DNA of 64,000 bases, taken from assembly GCF_006345805.1 (NCBI RefSeq), contig NC_043014.1:26660001-26724000 (forward strand). Direction: 5' to 3'. Below, in pieces: positions 40,881 to 54,024 of the stretch (the first letter of the stretch is position 1; each line of letters begins with the position of its first letter). This DNA comes from Octopus sinensis. Lineage: Eukaryota. Below the pieces are notes generated by a model. The model worked only from the letters and a program-made list of their open reading frames with translations, made no database searches and was not told where the DNA came from. A program made the translations under genes and the position numbers.

Positions 40881-40998
40881 GCTTACAGCACCAGGGTTTC
40901 CCAAGCGGTCACCTATCTAAGTACTAACTAGACTTGACGTTGCTTAACTTTGGTGATCGGACCAAAACCGGTGCTTTCAACGTGATATGGCCGTAAGC
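40881..40998 (-). pseudogene. Full-length 5S rRNA pseudogene
   Basis: GCTTACGGCCATATCACGTTGAAAGCACCGG...GTGCTGTAAGC, 118 nt with complementary ends; several transitions (CpG-type) in helices and box C. Confidence 0.88.
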
Positions 40999-41229
40999 AT
41001 ATATATATATATATATATAAGTTGCATATAAATCTGAACAAAACCTAAATATATTCATCCCCTTGCTGTGGTAATACGAAAAGATATGCTAAATAATAGA
41101 TTAATGGATAATGGATAAATGAAAAAGAAGTTGACAGGAGAAAGTGAGTTTCATTGTTGTTTGTGGTTTGCAAGCCCAAGTGAGAACATATATTGCAAAT
41201 AAATCCCAATATGTTCCTACTCTTATTCT

Positions 41230-41790
41230 ATACCAAATATTGAGATGGTATACACCAGCTGGCACTATGAAATAATTTGCTTTGATCGGAGCCTACCAGC
41301 TAATCATATTGTCTGATGAAGCTTGAGAAATACCAATAGTGAAAATTCCCCTGGGATTATTGCGTTGGACTCGTCTGCCAAACGGTATAAAAACAGCAGC
41401 AAGTGCTGTATTTCGATGTGCTATGGAAAATATCACTGATATAATAATTTATAAAGATGACAGTTGTATTGGCGGCCGCCCCATTGATGGCCTAGAGCAG
41501 AAACTCACTCGCTATGATGTGGTCATTAATAAAAAGAAGAGTGTCATTTTTGCAGAACAAAATTACCTTCATAGGACAGATCTCCAATCATGACAGTCAA
41601 CCAGACACTACGTTTGTGAAGAAGATATTAGATGTGAAGATCCCAGAGCGAAGGAAAGAATTCGAGTGACTAATTTTAATGCTTGATTTATTCCAATATA
41701 GTCTGAAAATTATGGACTTTCAAACCAAGAAAGGAAGAACTCCACATTTTCATGAAACTTGTTTGAAACATTAATGAAAGATTTGACTAA
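41230..41790 (+). mobile_element. Gypsy reverse transcriptase remnant
   Basis: IPLGLLRWTRLPNGIKTAASAVFRCAME..IIIYKDDSCIGG corresponds to the LPFG and YxDD motifs. Confidence 0.75.
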
Positions 41791-41799
41791 ACCAACCCT

Positions 41800-42330
41800 G
41801 CTACAGATATTTGATATAACGAATAATGTTGAATAATGACAGGTGCTTGTCGGGATTCAATATCTGGTGTACTGTCTCAGAAGGGGTACTCAGTCCTACA
41901 TTTAACATTATGTCTATCTCGAAAGAAGGCTTTGCCGATTGTCTAGAGTATGTAAGGAGGTTGTCACTTTTCATTACTACGACATAACAAATTTTCCTAC
42001 AAGCTGTACATGATGACGTCCATAGCTCTAGCAATTAAAATAGACTACGACTAGAAGTATGATGACCTGACTATTGTAATGATATTCAAAATTATGTTGG
42101 AAAATTTCCCTAAATCTACCAGGTTAAATCCATACAAAAAAATTGTTGAGCATGCTTGGTCAACTGAGGTAAACCTATGATCACGCGTACGTAACAGATC
42201 ACAGTTATAATCCTGACGTTGGTTTGTTATCAATTTTTTGTTGGCCAAAGGTTATCAGGATTTATGACGGATTAGCTAAAACGATGATCTATGGATTGAG
42301 AGCTATTTTTGCAAAGAATGTGTTTTCACG
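41800..42330 (-). mobile_element. Possible CR1/L2-like RT remnant
   Basis: Weak resemblance to the PQGS-LGP-LF-I region on the minus strand. Confidence 0.35.
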
Positions 42331-42483
42331 GGCGTTAACCATTTTATATACTGCCATAGTACCCTTTTCCTTGTTTTAGATTTTAGAGACAAAAAATAAG
42401 AATTACCTGAAAATGCCTGAGGGACGTTACTACTGGTCTGTAATCTTACATGTTATAAATATATTTAATTCTTTCTGTTTTAG

Positions 42484-42873
42484 GTCCGGCGTTGTCATAC
42501 CGACAGTAACCGGAAACTAACTCTAATGCTGCTTACTCTCTCCTTCATGTTACTGTTGACAACACTTCCGCTGGCAGTCAGCTTAATTCTAGCTCATTTC
42601 TGGAACTTCAGCATGTCACGAGATTTGGCTTGGGCGGCGAAATACCAGCTGACCAAGACGATAGCTGAATTAATGATGTATCTCAACCATTCCATGAATT
42701 TTATATTGTATTGCACAATGGGACGTAAATTTCGTCAACAAGTTGTGCGGATGTTCTGTAATAAAAACAACATGACAAAAGGTTTATCAGATCATACACA
42801 TCACATATACTGCTCCAGAAACTGTTCTCCACAGATAAACACTTCACAGCAATGTCCCGACACAGAAATATAA
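42484..42873 (+). CDS. GPCR coding exon 2 (TM6, TM7, C-tail)
   Basis: Acceptor TTCTTTCTGTTTTAG|GTC is in frame with exon 1. TM6 TTLP, TM7 NHSMNFILYC, helix 8 GRKFRQQV, stop TAA. Joined protein is 408 aa; resembles invertebrate FMRFamide/sex-peptide-receptor-like orphans. Confidence 0.92.
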   Translation, partial: VRRCHTDSNRKLTLMLLTLSFMLLLTTLPLAVSLILAHFWNFSMSRDLAWAAKYQLTKTIAELMMYLNHSMNFILYCTMGRKFRQQVVRMFCNKNNMTKGLSDHTHHIYCSRNCSPQINTSQQCPDTEI

Positions 42874-43019
42874 TGCCCGACAGAGAGTTAGTTGTGAATC
42901 TCATCAAACTCTTCTGATACATTGTGTATGCATATTTCTGTATGCGTATATAAGCCATCACATATCCAAGAAATCAAAAGTTATCTACTGATATATATAT
43001 ATATAATATATATATATAT

Positions 43020-43383
<364 letters not shown>

Positions 43384-43451
43384 TATATATATATGTATAT
43401 ATATATATATAATATATATATATACATATATATATACATATATATAACTAT

Positions 43452-43582
<131 letters not shown>

Positions 43583-43584
43583 AC

Positions 43585-43668
<84 letters not shown>

Positions 43669-43678
43669 ACTATAAATA

Positions 43679-43718
<40 letters not shown>

Positions 43719-43721
43719 ATA

Positions 43722-43760
<39 letters not shown>

Positions 43761-43763
<3 letters not shown>

Positions 43764-44324
43764 GTGTCTGAGAGACACAACCATGCCGAAATAGCAGTCA
43801 AATCCCTGGCTCTAAAAACCACCTTAAATGTTCATATCGCACCACGAGATAAGACAGAGGGACAAAATAGACTAGCAAAAATATATTACTGAATAATTCA
43901 AGATCCTGGATTTCTAGCTTTGCTTCAAATAAGCTCTGCCTTCATCAGTTGAATATATCAGATGGGCACATAAATACAAATATATATATATACAGAACAC
44001 ATACGAACGTCCATACATACATATATATGCACGTATGTACAAGGCCAGTTCAAATTGCCCGCCAACCACCTCATAAGCACGATATGGTCAGAATAAACAC
44101 CGCATTGAATATAGTGACGAATTATATAAATTTATAAATAAGGATAATATCGATATTATCAAGTGGCCAGCATGGGAATAAATACCATATAAAGGTAATA
44201 ATTTTTTACAACTATAAATAAGGCTGCCTGAGAGACACCACCATGCTGAAATAGCAGTCAAATTCCTGACTCTAAAAACCACCTTAAATGTTCATATCGC
44301 ACCACGAGATAAGACAGAGGGACA
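43761..44324 (+). mobile_element. PLE pLTR-like element with 104 bp direct repeats 460 bp apart, each starting with an HHR-like fold
   Basis: 43761-43864 vs 44221-44324, 6 differences counted. Confidence 0.7.
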
Positions 44325-44375
44325 CATAAACATACACACAAAAAAAACATATACATACATACATGCACGACTACA

Positions 44376-44431
<56 letters not shown>

Positions 44432-44839
44432 CACATATACATACATACACACACACATATATATATACCTACACACATACACACACATATACATACAAAC
44501 ATACGCATACATACATACATGCACATATAAATATGCACACACATAAATACGGATATACATGCACGCCTACACATGCACATACACATACACTTGTGCATAC
44601 ATATATACAAATGCACACATATATATGTTATAATGAATTATCAAGTACCAGTAAATAAAAAAGTACAAATAAGTACAAACATACAGAAAAACAACCTAAT
44701 ATTGAAGACCACCATGTGGATTCCTACAAAGACCTACAAGAAAAATAAATATATACGTACACACATACATATACACCCATATGCATGTACTCAGACGTAC
44801 AATAGGAGTATAGGGTTCAGTTTTATCTTCTAGATAGTA

Positions 44840-45821
44840 ATCAAGCATAATGGTACAATTTTATACTTCTTCGTAATTTCTTTATGCAATAACTCATGGT
44901 ATGTAAGAATGTCAATATTGTAAATGTTACTAGTTTTGTCAGAATGGGTTAATATACCGTTCTTACCCTTAAGAGTTCTTATTAATTCCTTTAATTTTCT
45001 TTGGTACGGGTTGTTCCTCAATGGGTGGCTTTTAAATTTAATATTTCTGATGGTGTCCCATAAATCCTGCTCGAAGTTTTCCAGATGTTTGTTTGGTGGT
45101 GGTGATTTCCTTGATTTGAAGGTGTTTCCCGTTAGTTTAATTGCTTCTTTATAGTTACTCCTTGTTCCATTACTTCCTTCCTGGTTCACTTTTCTTATAT
45201 TTTTTTCGTAGTGAAATACTTTCCATCTAATCCTGCGTATAAACTCGTTCATTCTGTAAATAAGCTCTTTAGTGTAGTGGTCCCTAGTTGGTATGGATAC
45301 ACCTTTCATTGATGAATTGATCAGAATCTGCTCCATTTTACCAGCGGTATTCATCCTGTGGAATTGATGTATTATACTTGGATGCACTCACTTATACTAT
45401 CAACACTTAAAGTATTGAATAGATACTTCATGCAAATTCCTCAGAAAATTAACTTAAAAGTACAAAGTGAGATAGGGGTTATGAGTGTAACCCACTATGG
45501 GATATCAGTTATCCAATATACTGCCAGTGAAGTACCCAAAAGGCTAATACATAAATGCTTACAATTGCAATGCAATTAGTTCATTTATTGTATTAGATGG
45601 GCGAAGTTGATGATTGAAAGGAATCTGTTCTTCCATTTTTTTATTTGTATTATGATTTGAGGTAAAACATTTTACCTTCGCCCATCTAATACAATAAATG
45701 AACTAATTGCATTGCAATTGTAAGCATTTATGTATTATCCTTTTGGGTACTTCACTGGCAGTATATTGGATAACTGATATCCCATAGTGGGTTACACTCA
45801 TAACCACTATCTCACTTTGTA

Positions 45822-45827
<6 letters not shown>
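44840..45827 (-). mobile_element. Naiad-type PLE 5' portion with a 152 bp inverted terminal duplication
   Basis: ORF 44830-45387 reads SMKGVSIPTRDHY..FIRRIRWKVFHY..FKSRKSPP..SDKTSNIY; inverted repeat 45455-45606 / 45676-45827. Confidence 0.8.
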
Positions 45828-45867
<40 letters not shown>

Positions 45868-46021
45868 GGTATTTAAATATGAGCTACAAATAGTTTAATG
45901 TTGTAGAAACACAATAGTTCAACAGATTTATATATCGTGCTTTCTGGCTTTAAGCAATCCTTCACCTCATATTTAAAAACCGTGTGTACATACATACACA
46001 CATGCATACATATATATATAT

Positions 46022-46071
<50 letters not shown>

Positions 46072-46699
46072 GAAAAGAATAAATAGAGTCAGACGGAAGA
46101 GGGAGTGCGATTCGACAGCTGTTTAATGACCGCTACACATTTTTCGATACAACACAGATCAACATATATACAGGATTTAAATTAAGTAACGGTTTACCTG
46201 TATAATAAGATCTAGTTGTATCTCCTCAGGTGATATGTAATCGCTCTCTCCGTAAGTAAATGTTTGATTTCGATGCTATCACATCCAACTGGCTCTTTTG
46301 AATCTGACACTTTCAATCCACTCGCTGTGAGCGTGCCTCTACATGCTCAACATGAGCGGCATTTTTTCGTTGTCTGTTGACTTTGCTTCACATGTTAGGC
46401 AGCACATACTAAATTTTATTATTTCGCAAATACACTCACACACACGCTCACACACAGACACACACACACACACTCTCACATACACACACATACATATATA
46501 TACAAATTAAGATATAAACTCAGATTAGGCATTCATACTCATGCATTTATAAATTCGACTTAAAATGTGTATACATATATTAATACATACCGACACATCT
46601 GAATTTTTTGTACTGAAATTAAGAGCGGTTAAGTGTTTCGATTAAAAGATCCATAGAGTTCGGTGTGTTTTTTTTTAAATATAAATGATATATAAGGTA

Positions 46700-48170
46700 T
46701 ATAGTACAGTTCGAGGAGGTTCACTTTCAACGACCATTTCTAAAATTCCTGTCCTGGTAGAAAAATTAATAAATCTTACAAACTATGTGGACCTGACTTC
46801 ATCAGAAAAGGTATCCTCATAAAATCACATTCTTGATACTTTTGATTCTTACAGAATAATGGATATATATAAAAAAGATTTTTTTCTTACTTATGCAAAT
46901 GGGTAGAGAGCAAGGAATGGCGGAACAAGTACATTAACCTATAGAAACTTAATTCTGACTAAACACAGCGCAATAAAATTTTCACTGTACTAAGAGCTAA
47001 AAGGTTTCAAGTTGCAGGCACTCTTCCAAATAATCCAATATGTTTTGTTCTATAATTTTTCAAAAAAGTGGAATGGAATTTATGACTGCATGAGGGAATC
47101 GCATCAGAGAATTTATTCACTATATTTAAACTATATGATCTAAGGATAATGTACTATTCACTTATACATAACTTGCATCTATTCGAAGTAGCAATATAAG
47201 GGGGAGAACCGCAATTATGGGCCAGGATAAAGAACAATCAGTGTTGCTCTCTCTCTTAGGTGGTGTATATATGAGGCGAGAGTTGTTGACATTCCTATTA
47301 TTGTCTTTTTGTTTTATTGTTGTTGTTTTTTTGTTTTTGAGGGCTGGGTTGGCATAATCGGTGACTACCAAAAGTTGACCTGGATTAACATTATTAATTT
47401 CGATTTACTTAGATTTATTATTCTAGATTTGTTCTTGTTACCAGGGCCTACATTAGGTACGTTATTAGTGTTGGAGTCCTTATTCGATTGACGTTTTATT
47501 TTACTTCTATTTATGGAAGCTATAATAGATCCTATATTAAGAATTGCAGAGTAAGAGAATTTTATCGAATATTTATTTCAAATTGAGTAATACTTGTGGT
47601 GCTTTGAAAATTAGCCTTCAAGATCTTGAAAAATAATTTAGGCAAGGTCTTAACTCTAAAAGAAAAAGGAGGGGCAAACCAGATTACTTCGCATTTTCTT
47701 GAATTGGATTGTTGTCATGCTTGACTTTTCAGAATCAGGTTGTTTATACTTATAATATTTGTTACTAGGTTGTATTCTACTAGGTATGACAGGATTGCCA
47801 CATGACTTATTTAAATCTACGTTTGTGAAAACAGTGTTTGCGCTAATAGTTTTAGAGAAAGAGTGAGGAGATATATTTGCTAATTTTCTTTTAAGTTTCG
47901 TGTGAGGTATGTAAGAAATTTGACCATTGAAACCACTTAGTTTCAGGGCATTATTGTAAACCGGGGCACGTTGATTAAAAATCTCTTCATTAGCTGATAA
48001 ATTTGAGATTCTAACGGAAATAGCTGTAACCTTGCAATTGATAGTCAATCTAGGATGGTTCGAGGAAACGTTAATATATTGCAGAGATTGATTAAGTTTT
48101 CGAAAAGGGTATTATAATCCAGTATTAAGATCCAATGTTACGTCAAAAATAATATTAAGATTAAAAAATC
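46700..48170 (-). mobile_element. Naiad-type PLE 3' portion (thumb, decayed GIY-YIG end, 3' region)
   Basis: RISNLSANEEIFNQRAPVYNNALKLSGF at 47656-48048; CKLCISE near 47160. Confidence 0.7.
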
Positions 48171-48199
48171 TAACAAAAATTTCCTAGGGGCTTTCTTTA

Positions 48200-49620
48200 A
48201 CTTTTCTACCGCCGGTTTAGATCGTCCTACCTCGACAAACATTTATTCACTCTCTTCACTGCTCTACCTTCACATATAAAAACACTAACCATGCAATGCA
48301 CCTCTTCAACGCATTCTCTTTTCTACCTGGGTGAATCCAAACTCCTTTTCACGATGGACATTAAATCTTTGTACACAGTCATCCCTCACAATGACGGTCT
48401 CCTAACACTCAAACACTTCTTAGACCGTCGTTCTGTACTTGAACCCATCACTAATACACACCTCCGCCTAGCTGAGCTCTTCTTAACAGTCAATTGTTTT
48501 CCTTCTCTGGTGGATTCTATAAGCAGTTCAGTAGTGTTGCTATGGGAACCAGAATGGGCCCCAATTATACCAACCTCTTTGTAAGTTATGTAGAGGGGCA
48601 AATCTTTGCTCACTTTCCTGGACCCATCCCAGAGCTTTATGGTCGTTACATTGACGACTGCATTGGCCCCACAAGCCTTAACAGACAACAGATCAACGAT
48701 TTTATTTCTTTTGTTATCACCTTTCACCCAGCCTTGGAATTCACCGACACCATATATAATACATCTGTTTGCTTTCTTGACATTACCGTCAAAATACACA
48801 ATACCCACCTCTCCACCTCTGTCTACTATAAACCTACTGACTCCCATTCCTACCTCCACTACTCTTCCTCTCGTCTTAAATATATAAAATCTGCTATGCC
48901 TTTCTCTCAATTTCTTTGACTTCGATGACTTTGCAGCTTCCATTCGGATTTCGAATCCCATTGCAAATCGAGGGTATCCTCGGCACTCAACCGAGCTCAA
49001 GCCATTAACCGCACAGCAGCTCTCCTACCATCTTCACGCACTTCCACCGACCGTTTCCCACTTTCTCTCACCTACCACCCCCATCCTCCCTCTGAAGCAC
49101 AAACTCACCCACAACTTTCGCATTCTTCTTTCTGACCCACACCACTTCTTAGGAGATTTCTAAGGCTCTTAAGAGTCTTAGAAATCTCTTTGTTATAAGC
49201 TTCACAGCTCACAGCTCCGCACAACCAGGAACCTTTAAATGTTCTCGCCGACGATATAACACATGCCCCTACATCAACAATATTACCACCATCATGGGGC
49301 CCAAGAAGCAAAATCACATAACACACCCCTTCTTTTGCACTTCGGCGAATCTCATATATTATATTGTATGCAAATTCTGCGGTTCTGGGAACCGTTTTCG
49401 CGAACACATCAGAAGCATAAGGCTTCGTATGCCAGGCCAACCTGTCGCCACCCACTTTAACACTGTGAATCACTGTATCAGATTTATCAGTGTGTGGTAT
49501 GGCCTGGCACCACGGATCCCCCCTTCTCTAGGAAACGAAAGGAGCAACGTTTCATATTTGATCTTGGCACTATGTTCCCAACAGGTATGAATGAACACAT
49601 TTCCTTTCATCCTTACACCT
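48200..49620 (+). mobile_element. Penelope-like element RT plus GIY-YIG (frameshifted)
   Basis: TMDIKSLYT, AMGTRMGPNY, RYIDD, FLDI, YYKPTDSHSYL; then CTSANLIYYIVC..RFREH. Confidence 0.9.
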
Positions 49621-49682
49621 CCTATTAATTTTTTTTAGCCTTTTTAATCCTCCTTCCACACTCCCTCAGCAACATTCCCTAC

Positions 49683-49685
<3 letters not shown>

Positions 49686-49717
<32 letters not shown>

Positions 49718-49752
49718 TGTATGTATGTATGTATGTATGTATGTATGTATGT
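49686..49752. repeat. (GTAT)n microsatellite
   Basis: Direct observation. Confidence 0.9.
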
Positions 49753-50103
49753 ATGTATGTGTATATATGTATATATGGGTACAGGTCGTCACACAACTTG
49801 AAATACGAAAACATGAAATACATACCTGGGTATGCGAACAACGAGAGAAACAAATGGAAAACGAGACAAGTGACATAAAGAACGACCCTTCATCAGTTGT
49901 AGGCTGTTTATCTACTCTGCATTTCGAGCAATTCACAACAATATGTGTTCTCGAGAAGCAGTTGCTCCCGCGAATCAAAGTAAAATTTGGGATTTGCGGA
50001 GGGTGAAAGTTGGTAACAAAAACAGGACATACAACAAACCAAACCAAACCAAAATAAACAGGACGGATTGTTAATCCAGACGAGCTAATATGTATATATA
50101 TAT

Positions 50104-50129
<26 letters not shown>

Positions 50130-50138
<9 letters not shown>

Positions 50139-51030
50139 TACCATTGGATCTTCATATTCTTTCGGATTCTAACAACATGGGTCTTGCTGGCTACAGTCGT
50201 TGATGCAATATCGCACTAATCTACCACGGCTTCTGAACTTTGTGAACTTTTTGAACTTCGTACGTTAATAACTTTGCCATTTTCTCTCTTTTTTTCTCCC
50301 TTCTTTCTCATTCCAGCATACTTAATCACAAATCTTTCCTCTCCCACCTACACCACGATCTCAAACATTACCTCACCTAGCTCCTTTACCGTTGCCTCCA
50401 CCATCTCTCAGCCTTTCCCTACTCATTTAAATAAAAAAAAACACGTTTCTCCAGTCACATTTCTCAGTCACTGCCTTCATCATAATCTCACACTCAAAGG
50501 TTTCCGCGTTCATTTCCATCCAACCTTCCATTCTGCTTCCACTATCTTACCCATCCTCCGCTCCACTCCCTGCTGCCTCATGCGTACCACTATCCGTTCT
50601 AATCTCTCCAAAATATACACCCTTGACCGTCTTCTCCCTCTTGCTTACTCTATTTTCTTCTCCTGTTGCACCCCCTTCGTCGCCCACTCCATCTTATCCT
50701 TCATTCTCCATCTAAACCGCCTTCTCCACGACTTTCTTGCTCGTACTAAACAATACAAACTTCACTCATCCTTCGTTCTGTCCTACCCGGCGCCATTACC
50801 CCCACCCTCCTCTTCCTCTCTGACCCACTCCCCTCTCATCCTTCATTCCTTCATCTTATCCCACCCGACGCCACTACACCTCCCTCCCCGACTACTCATC
50901 CTCACCTACCTACCCCTACCTTCACCCATTCCACTTCCTTCTCTCTCTCCTACCAGTCTTCCACCACCACCACCCCTACCAAACTTACCCTCCCTCACCC
51001 CCATTTCACTCTGTTGTTATCATTACTCCT

Positions 51031-51114
<84 letters not shown>

Positions 51115-51630
51115 ACGAAGTGTTCTCTCCTTAGTAGGGATCTCTGTTTCATACCTCTCACTCCGTCCAGTAACGAGTTTCAGACCCGTGCTGATATCCA
51201 ACACTTCGTGTGCCGTGTCAGGCTACATGCGCTATTCCACAACACTCCACCTGCATCTAAAGAAAACTGCTTCAGTGACCTGAACCGCCGACTGTCTCAA
51301 AGGACGCCAGTTTCAGGCTGTTTATTGATTTGCAAGCGTCTACCAATATGTTGTGGGCCGGTTGAACTTTCGCAGGCATCCCCGACACTTCAACATCTCC
51401 AGAGCCGAACTCTCGGCCCTTCGATGTCTCCGACGCCGTCAAGATATCATCATCAAAGTGGCCGACAAAGTTGGAGCAGTAGTGATATAGCGTGCAGACC
51501 TCTATAAGGCTGAAGCACTCTGCCAACTTCAAGATACCTCCTTCTATCGCCCTCTGCCCTCTAGCCCCATGCCAAACTACCAAGAGATTGTATCTCCTAC
51601 CATTCACGACCTCATTTCCTCCTCCATGCG
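50130..51630 (+). mobile_element. Penelope-like element 5' region and N-terminal ORF, interrupted by (CT)n
   Basis: FLSHCLHHNLTLKGFR in ORF 50274-51032; IIIKVADKVGAVVI..LYKAEALCQL near 51450-51530. Confidence 0.75.
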
Positions 51631-51670
<40 letters not shown>

Positions 51671-51748
51671 ATAAGAGTAGATCGTATACGAGTGGGTATA
51701 TATTTGTAAAAAAGAAGTTTGAAAACGCCGCTATATTAGATAAATTTT

Positions 51749-51797
51749 AATTTTACATGTTTCGGTTCTTGAAAAAACGAACCTTATCAAAAAAATT
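51749..51797 (-). ncRNA. Type I hammerhead fold with U3-A8 core, GUA site
   Basis: TTGATAA-GGTTC(10 nt)GAACC-GAAA-CATG-T-A; stem III palindrome ACATGT; weak A/T stem I. Confidence 0.62.
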
Positions 51798-53031
51798 TAT
51801 TATAAAAAGTATAATGGAACTTATAAAGTATAATAAAAGTATAATAGAGACAGATATCTATTATAAACCGACAGACTCCAAACAGTACCTACCCTTTGAT
51901 TTATGCCACCCACGACACACTAGAATAAATGTCCCTTTTTGTTTAGCTAGAAGGATTTGCACCATAATATCAGACACAAACACCCGACACACACGTCTCC
52001 AGGAACTTAGAACCACACTCATAAATAGAAACTATCCACAGCCCCTAATAGACAGAGCAATCCAACGGGCACTTAAATTAAGTATAGAAGACCTGAGACA
52101 AACAAAACCAAAAAAGAAAGAACAATTAAAAACCCTTCCCTACATCTCTACACACAACCCCCTTAACAATGAGGCCTTCAGCACCATACTACAAAGCACA
52201 GCCCTACTAAAGGGAGACCCAAAGATGAACCGGATCCTCGAAACACACACCATCATTAAAAGTAAACGGCAACCAAAATCCTTGAAAAGGATTTTAACCC
52301 AAGCTAAACTGCACTCAACATCAACCAAAAACCAGCAGTTAGAAAATGTGGAAGGCCCAACTGCGGAATCTGTGTCATCTTGGTAGAAGGTTCAGAATTT
52401 ATACTAGAACAAGGCCATCAGTTCACTATTAGTAACAAACTTCACCTGTGCATCAGAAAACTTAATTTACGTCTTAACATGCGCAGGCTGCAATAGGCAG
52501 ATATAGGCCATACAAAATAGCTTACGTAAAAGGATGGCGGTGCATAAATCACAAATTAGAAACCCTGAATACCGGAAAATACCGGTCAGCAGACACATAG
52601 ATAGATGTGCTGCAAATGAAAATCCGAAATTTACAACTTACCCACTTTACAAATTCAGTGACAGCGTAACCTTCACTCAACGCCAAAATAAAGAACTTTA
52701 TTTCATCAAAAAATTTAGACCAAGTTTGAACACCCTGGGCCAGGAATATTAAAACAAAACATTGGTCTTCCGAAAAAGAAAAATGAAATTCTACCACAAC
52801 CACTACGACTGCTCCCACTAGCACTACTACTAAAACCACCGTGGTCACTACTATTGCTGCTACAATCAACAGCCCCCTACTGCTACTACTGCTGCTACGG
52901 CCACAGTGAGAGGATTAAAATAGTGGAGGTGGGGGGAATTACAATTTCTCAGATCCTTAAACAGTCACTCCTGCTGGCAGTGGTATGTCTTAGGGAAAGA
53001 TGAATTTATAAAAAGATTTTTTCTCTGCGAG

Positions 53032-53235
53032 CAGATCTGATTTTGATTCGTTAAAAAATTGATGACGTTTTGCCTCCGTGGTCAAGCTTGACGTTCTGCT
53101 TGGTTGGTTTCCTTACAAGATACAGTTATGGGTCAGATCTGATTTTGATTCGTTAAAAAATTGATGACGTTTTTCTTCCGTGGTCAACCTTGTCGTCCTG
53201 CTTGGTTTGTTTCCTTACAGGATACAGTTATGGGT
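53032..53235 (+). repeat. 102 bp tandem duplication in the PLE 3' region
   Basis: CAGATCTGATTTTGATTCG starts at 53032 and 53134. Confidence 0.9.
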
Positions 53236-53618
53236 CTCTTCCTTATATTCGTTGAAGTTTGGTTTTGATTGGTTTGGAATTATGTGACGTCAGTGAACAG
53301 TGCCAGAGAACCGACCACTGTTGCTATTACGATCAACAGCCCTTTACTACGGCTACTGCTGCTGTCACAGCCACAGCTTAGCTGATATAACCCCAACCAC
53401 CACCAAGGTTACCAAAATTACGACCAACAGACGACGACCAAGAATCACTACTGTTGCTTCCATTGGAACACAAGGGAACACAAAAGCGTTTCCTTTTGAT
53501 ACCAGCAAGAAATCTATAATGAACTTCTCCACTACACTCGGCAAAACAGTAAGGAACGACTATGGATTTTTTCTATTATACTCTTTATAATATATTTGAT
53601 AAGGTTCGTCTTTTCAAG

Positions 53619-53696
53619 AACATGGATTCTATTGAATGTATGTAACATGGATTCTATTGAATGTATGTAACATGGATTCTATTGAATGTATGTAAC
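53619..53696 (+). repeat. 25 bp x 3 perfect tandem repeat
   Basis: AACATGGATTCTATTGAATGTATGT repeated three times. Confidence 0.95.
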
Positions 53697-53820
53697 GATT
53701 ATGAACTATTCCAATATACTTTTTATAATAAATTTTTTTGATAAGGTTCGTTTCTTCAAAAACCAAAACATGTAAAATTAAAATTTATCTAATATAGTGG
53801 CGTTTTCAAACTTCTTTTTT

Positions 53821-53883
<63 letters not shown>

Positions 53884-54024
53884 AACAGAAAGGGAGGAAT
53901 TCGATTATCCCCACGTGGTGAGTTGTAATGTAAAAAATATATATACTAGCCAATGAAAAATGCGGACGTACACTGACAGTATTGTTAACAATTAAACCTG
54001 GAAAAGTAGAGGACAAGAAAAAAC

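Larger units (their letters stand above)
51697..53831 (+). mobile_element. 5'-truncated PLE (RT thumb, Cys-rich linker, GIY-YIG, long 3' region) bracketed by inverted pLTR copies
   Basis: TDIYYKPTDSKQYL..CHPRH, CGRPNCGIC, LIYVLTCAGC..QYIG; 51697-51819 is the reverse complement of 53709-53831; microsatellites on both flanks. Confidence 0.88.

Noticed and set aside
40881-40998. Active 5S rRNA gene
   Set aside because: Solitary, with multiple helix-breaking transitions and an altered box C; treated as a pseudogene.
46990-47030. Possible decayed HHR (minus) after the Naiad PLE end
   Set aside because: GGAAGAG..GAAAC is present, but stems I and II do not pair.
53619-53696. CRISPR-like short repeats (also 34565-34696, 59204-59365)
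   Set aside because: Head-to-tail repeats without unique spacers, no cas genes, eukaryotic context.
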